Source: a virus (lineage: Duplodnaviria; Caudoviricetes). Taken from it: a stretch of 50,369 bases of DNA. Every line of letters starts with the position of its first letter. The stretch's first letter is position 1. The stretch is taken from IMG/VR virus record IMGVR_UViG_3300031576_000066, positions 1 to 50,369 of that record. One strand, 5' to 3'. The translations under genes were made by a program, and so were the position numbers. Below the pieces are notes generated by a model that saw only the letters and a program-made list of their open reading frames with translations, made no database searches and had not been told where the DNA came from. Of the stretch, positions 46,746 to 50,369 are shown piece by piece.

Positions 46746-46944
46746 GTTCCACCTCATGGATTTGAAACGTAGGCGCGGGCTTTGGCGCACGCGCCATCTG
46801 AATCAGGCTGGGCAGTTCAGCCAGCAGTTTTTCGGCAGCCTCCACCGTCATTCCGATCCGCCGTTGGCTTTTGTCTGCCGAGGCTGGGGCGAACAGGACG
46901 ATCACGCCCTCACCAGGCAGGGAAATTGCAAAGAGAGTGCTCAT
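46720..46944 (-). CDS. hypothetical protein
   Basis: GAGGA RBS before MSTLF. Confidence 0.5.
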   Translation of the reverse strand: MSTLFAISLPGEGVIVLFAPASADKSQRRIGMTVEAAEKLLAELPSLIQMARAPKPAPTFQIHEVEHDPRNRLN

Positions 46945-46952
46945 GGTGTTCC

Positions 46953-47885
46953 TCATTCAACGGGTACGATTTTGCCGTCCTGCACGGTGTACGGTTTGTT
47001 AGGCTCGATTCCGTTTTCTCCCACGATAGCAGTCAATAACACGCGCTTGTTGGCGTCGATATAGCTCCAGATCAAGCTAGCGCGGTCGCCGCCGGTGAGC
47101 ATTGCGCGGTGGCCGCCGGTGAGCGTTGCGCCGTCGCCGCCCGTGAGCATTGCGCGGTGGCCGCCGGTGAGCGTTGCGCGGTGGCCGCCGGTGAGCGTTG
47201 AGTCGTCGCCGCCGGTGAGCGTTGCGCCGTCGCCGCCGGTGAGCGTTGAGTCGTCGCCGCCCGTGAGCATTGCGCGGTGGCCGCCGGTGAGCATTGCGCG
47301 GTCGCCGCCGGTGAGCGTTGCGCGGTTGCCGCCCGTGAGCATTGCGCGGTGGCCGCCGGTGAGCGTTGCGCGGTGGCCGCCGGTGAGCGTTGCGCGGTCG
47401 CCGCCGGTGAGCGTTGCGCGGTAGCCGCCCGTGAGGATCAGGCCATGTATCGCTGTACCAGGTGGAGCGTGCTTGTAAATCAGTTGGGTGGCTTCAGCGC
47501 GTGATCCGCTCGCGGCCACGAAACAGCGCATCGCTTTGCTCTTACCCGTTCTTATATCGACCGTCTCATCCTCGAAAGAGATCACGGCCTGCCATAGAGA
47601 GTCAGCATTCCAAATCAACAGATCGGCATCTCCCGCGCCATTTTTGAGAAAGTGCAAACCGCCACCACATTCAGGGCGTAGGTTCCAGTCGGGAGCCTCC
47701 GCCCATCCACTGTCGGGCCACTGGTACCCACCGTGAGATGTACCATCCATCTTGGATGTGCGCAGACCCCATACAATCGGTCGCTCGCCTTTCAACAAGA
47801 GAGCCAGCTCGTCAGACTGACTCAAGGCTTGCGCCGGTGGGGTTGCAGTGGGTGTCGCCTTCTTAGGTTTCATTTTGGTAGTCAT
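46953..47885 (-). CDS. phage protein with 15 octapeptide repeats (beta-solenoid)
   Basis: CGGGLHF N-domain, LTGGxxxx repeats, VGENGIEPNKPY C-terminus. Confidence 0.8.
   Translation of the reverse strand: MTTKMKPKKATPTATPPAQALSQSDELALLLKGERPIVWGLRTSKMDGTSHGGYQWPDSGWAEAPDWNLRPECGGGLHFLKNGAGDADLLIWNADSLWQAVISFEDETVDIRTGKSKAMRCFVAASGSRAEATQLIYKHAPPGTAIHGLILTGGYRATLTGGDRATLTGGHRATLTGGHRAMLTGGNRATLTGGDRAMLTGGHRAMLTGGDDSTLTGGDGATLTGGDDSTLTGGHRATLTGGHRAMLTGGDGATLTGGHRAMLTGGDRASLIWSYIDANKRVLLTAIVGENGIEPNKPYTVQDGKIVPVE
47076..47435. repeat. tandem array of 15 x 24-bp units (coding)
   Basis: Unit about CGTTGCGCGGTGGCCGCCGGTGAG; 360 bp total. Confidence 0.95.
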
Positions 47886-47921
47886 GGTGTGCTCCCGGTT
47901 GAGTAATCAGGCGTGCTTCCT

Positions 47922-47962
47922 GTATAAACAAAAAAGCCCGCCGAGTGTGGACACCAGCGGGC
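47922..47962 (-). terminator. repeated terminator, copy B
   Basis: Near-identical to 41291-41331; lies right after the ECF-like gene stop. Confidence 0.75.
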
Positions 47963-47973
47963 AGGCAGTTTTC

Positions 47974-48486
47974 TTAGGCGGCCAGCGCCAGGCGCATCCG
48001 GCGCACCGTCTTGCGGACTCCGTTCGGTGAGATGTGGAGCCGGTCGGCGATCTCGGTTTGCTTGTAGCCTTCCGCCAGCAGGTAGGCGACCTGGCGCTGA
48101 CGTGGAGTCAGTGTCGCGAGGGTGCGGTCAAGTTCGACCAGCCACTCCCGCCGCTCAACGATCTGCTCAGGGCTGGGGCCGGGCAGCGCAATCAACTCAT
48201 CGAAGATGGCGATCTCGTCGCCGTCATCGTCAGTGTAGACCGGCTCCTCGTACACACGCTGGCGCTCCAGCCCCTCACCCGCCACGATATTACGGCACTG
48301 CCAAGAGGCATAGCGCACTGAGTAGCCCGGCGTCTGACCGTCCAGCTTATGGCGATGGGTGAGCAAGCGCAGGGTGATCTGCTGGCTGATGTCGTCGGGG
48401 TCGTAGCCGGCGGCCTGGAACCGGGCGAGGCCTGCCAGCCGGGCGCGGAATGGTTCACTGTCGAGGAGTTGGGGGATGGTGGTCAT
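47974..48486 (-). CDS. ECF sigma-like / sigma region-4 HTH protein
   Basis: DPDDISQQI, LTPRQRQV..L..EGY.Q.EIA..L.IS..GVR. Confidence 0.75.
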   Translation of the reverse strand: MTTIPQLLDSEPFRARLAGLARFQAAGYDPDDISQQITLRLLTHRHKLDGQTPGYSVRYASWQCRNIVAGEGLERQRVYEEPVYTDDDGDEIAIFDELIALPGPSPEQIVERREWLVELDRTLATLTPRQRQVAYLLAEGYKQTEIADRLHISPNGVRKTVRRMRLALAA

Positions 48487-48529
48487 GGCATCCGTTCCTG
48501 AGTGGTTATCTTTTCGTCTACGTCCTGTT

Positions 48530-48796
48530 TTACAGGACGCTGGGGGCAAAAAAAGAGTCGGCCTCGGCTCTCGCTCTGGCGACGGCATCGCGCATCTTCG
48601 CGCCCGAGATGGTGTTCAGGTAGCGGGCATAGCTGGGGTGTTTGCCGCTGTCTGCGTACTTGACAAACTGTTCGCAGGCGGTGAGCAGGTCAAGCCAGGG
48701 GATCGAGTCGCCGGGGGCTAGATCGACCTGCTCACCGTTGGGGTAAGGGTCAAAGCCCCGGACCTCTTCGAGGTGAGCGGCTTGCTGGCCGTTCAT
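48530..48796 (-). CDS. hypothetical protein
   Basis: Coupled to a 19-codon upstream ORF (48793-48852). Confidence 0.5.
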   Translation of the reverse strand: MNGQQAAHLEEVRGFDPYPNGEQVDLAPGDSIPWLDLLTACEQFVKYADSGKHPSYARYLNTISGAKMRDAVARARAEADSFFAPSVL

Positions 48797-48877
48797 TTAG
48801 CACCACCCTGAGCCTGAAAGCGATGGGTGGGGATTTGAGCCTCAAGTAGCATGGTGTTTTATCCTTTCCTATAATTC

Positions 48878-48906
48878 ACTATACCAGATAGTATAATGAT
48901 TGTCAA
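48878..48906 (-). promoter_or_regulatory. strong sigma70 promoter with an overlapping palindrome
   Basis: TTGACA-17 nt-TATAGT; TATAC-N6-GTATA; downstream GGAAAGGA RBS. Confidence 0.8.
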
Positions 48907-50357
48907 GGGGATAAATCCGCGTGATAAACCCGCCCGTTCTGGTGCTCTTTGGCCCTGGCGCGATCCAGCGCCACCACGAGCGAGTCGGGCTTGCGGAAGG
49001 AGCGGAATCCCGGCACGCCGTTGGCAGACAGGAAAATGAAGTGGAACAACTGCGCGGCGTCGTCCTCCCGCATCTTGCCAAAGGCCAGAGTCCGTATGCG
49101 CGGGTCTGGCGTCTCGCCGTCGCTGGTGATGTGCTTGCTCAGGAACGCCACCTGATCGCCGTCATAGCTGACGGAGGCCGGCCCGCTGATGTGCTCCAAC
49201 TCCTTCTTCCCAGCCTGCATCCCCGACTTCGTGAGGCGCTGAATGAACACGCCCGCGAGTTCCAGGTCACGGCAGATGCGCGCCAACTCCGTGCTGATGT
49301 GGGCGATGCGCTCCGTGTCCTCGCCGCGGATGCGGTCTTTCAGCAGGTTCATGTAATCCACCACAAACCACTTGATGCCGTCGCGCATCTTACGCCGCAT
49401 GAGGTCGGCCCGCAGGGTGACGGTCGTCCAGTGGGTTTTGTCGCTCATCCAGACTGGCAGGCCAGAGATAAGGTTGGCAGAGTGAACGAAGCGCGACAGT
49501 TCTGCACCAGCTATCTTCCCCTGTCGAATGCGCTTGCTCAGAATGTCCGCGTGCGTAGCCACCAGGCGGCGGACGATGCTAACACCCCGCATCTCCATTT
49601 CGTAGATCACGCCTGGGTGCTTCTCGGCCGGCGTCGGCTCCGGGTCGAGTCGGTAGCCCGCCATCTGCAAAGCAAGTTGGCCGGTGAACAGACTCTTGCC
49701 TGCGCCCGGCTCACCAGAGATGATAAAACCCTCGGACAGTTGCAGCCCGCCGAGCGCCCTGTCGAGGTCTGCAAAGCCGGTGGGGATGCCGAAGACCTCG
49801 CGCGGGTCTTCCATGCGCGACTCGGTTTCGACCATGAGTTGATTGACGAAGGTGGAGATGGGCTGGGACTCATCCCTGGCGCGGGCAGTGTCCAGCAGCC
49901 GACGGGATAGCTCCAAGCGCATGGCGTCCAAGTCGGCCTCGGCATCATACGCGGTCTTGGCGATCTCGCCTGCCAAGTTGAGGATGCGCCTCCGCACCGC
50001 GTCTCGCTCCACGATGCGCCCATAGGCGGCGGCGTGCAGCGAGGTGGGCACGGCGTTGATCAACTGAGTCAGATAGGCTATCCCGCCCGCCTCGTCCAGT
50101 TGGTTGCGGCGCTCCATCTCCTTCGAGACAGTGATCACGTCAAGGGGGTTGCCCTCGCGGGCCAGGTGAGCGAACGCGCTCCACACCCACTGGTGTTTGA
50201 TGATGTAAAAGTCACCCGACTCCAGGAACGCCGCGACCTCCTCGAAAGACTCCTGGTCGATCAACACGCAACCTAAAACGGCCTTCTCGGCTTCCGGTGA
50301 GTAGAGCGCGGAACCGGCGGGGCCGAACTGGATTGACTCAGTATCGTGGTTTGTCAT
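48903..50357 (-). CDS. dnaB: replicative DNA helicase
   Basis: EAEKAVLG N-domain, GIPTGF.DLD..LGG, Walker A GEPGAGKS, EM, VVDY. Confidence 0.93.
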   Translation of the reverse strand: MTNHDTESIQFGPAGSALYSPEAEKAVLGCVLIDQESFEEVAAFLESGDFYIIKHQWVWSAFAHLAREGNPLDVITVSKEMERRNQLDEAGGIAYLTQLINAVPTSLHAAAYGRIVERDAVRRRILNLAGEIAKTAYDAEADLDAMRLELSRRLLDTARARDESQPISTFVNQLMVETESRMEDPREVFGIPTGFADLDRALGGLQLSEGFIISGEPGAGKSLFTGQLALQMAGYRLDPEPTPAEKHPGVIYEMEMRGVSIVRRLVATHADILSKRIRQGKIAGAELSRFVHSANLISGLPVWMSDKTHWTTVTLRADLMRRKMRDGIKWFVVDYMNLLKDRIRGEDTERIAHISTELARICRDLELAGVFIQRLTKSGMQAGKKELEHISGPASVSYDGDQVAFLSKHITSDGETPDPRIRTLAFGKMREDDAAQLFHFIFLSANGVPGFRSFRKPDSLVVALDRARAKEHQNGRVYHADLSP

Positions 50358-50369
50358 GGCAGGTGTCCT

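Noticed and set aside
47076-47435. CRISPR array or DGR variable region
   Set aside because: The units are contiguous, in-frame and have no spacers; no cas gene, reverse transcriptase or separate template repeat is seen.
1-50369. Genome-wide TGA recoding
   Set aside because: TGA is the ordinary stop of many genes with ATGA/GTGA coupling (e.g. 5745, 12345, 21318); only two in-frame cases were found.
1-50369. attL/attR, terminal repeats or host genes
   Set aside because: No end redundancy or flanking bacterial genes seen; the window starts inside a phage gene and ends just upstream of dnaB.

Overview
This ~50 kb, GC-rich window is most of a temperate siphovirus-like (Caudoviricetes) genome. 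The left arm (+ strand, 1-32.4 kb) runs terS/terL, SPP1-type portal, minor head, scaffold and major capsid. Next come a cassette of three glycosyltransferase-like genes plus a methyltransferase, ~6 kb of accessory structural or fibre genes, head-tail connectors, tail tube, a -1 frameshifted tail chaperone, tape measure, tail-tip proteins, holin-like genes (no endolysin recognised) and a metallophosphoesterase. The centre holds XRE regulators and a tyrosine integrase with an in-frame TGA. The right arm (- strand) carries DNA methyltransferases, HNH and PD-(D/E)xK nucleases, ParB-like and ASCH proteins, two sigma-like factors, an octapeptide-repeat protein and DnaB. A central integrase with phage genes on both sides suggests the excised or virion arrangement. 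The host is inferred to be Chloroflexota-like. The most unusual signals are non-coding: (1) a small gene, a ~330-nt structured RNA with a tRNA-like fold and a strong terminator in front of the head operon; (2) a three-way-junction/pseudoknot leader that can pair over the RBS of the glycosylation cassette; (3) a repeated terminator with a conserved loop in the early arm; (4) a second tRNA-like element; (5) six CGRCTGAT half-sites around the repressor and integrase. All family calls are from motif recognition by eye; no searches were run.
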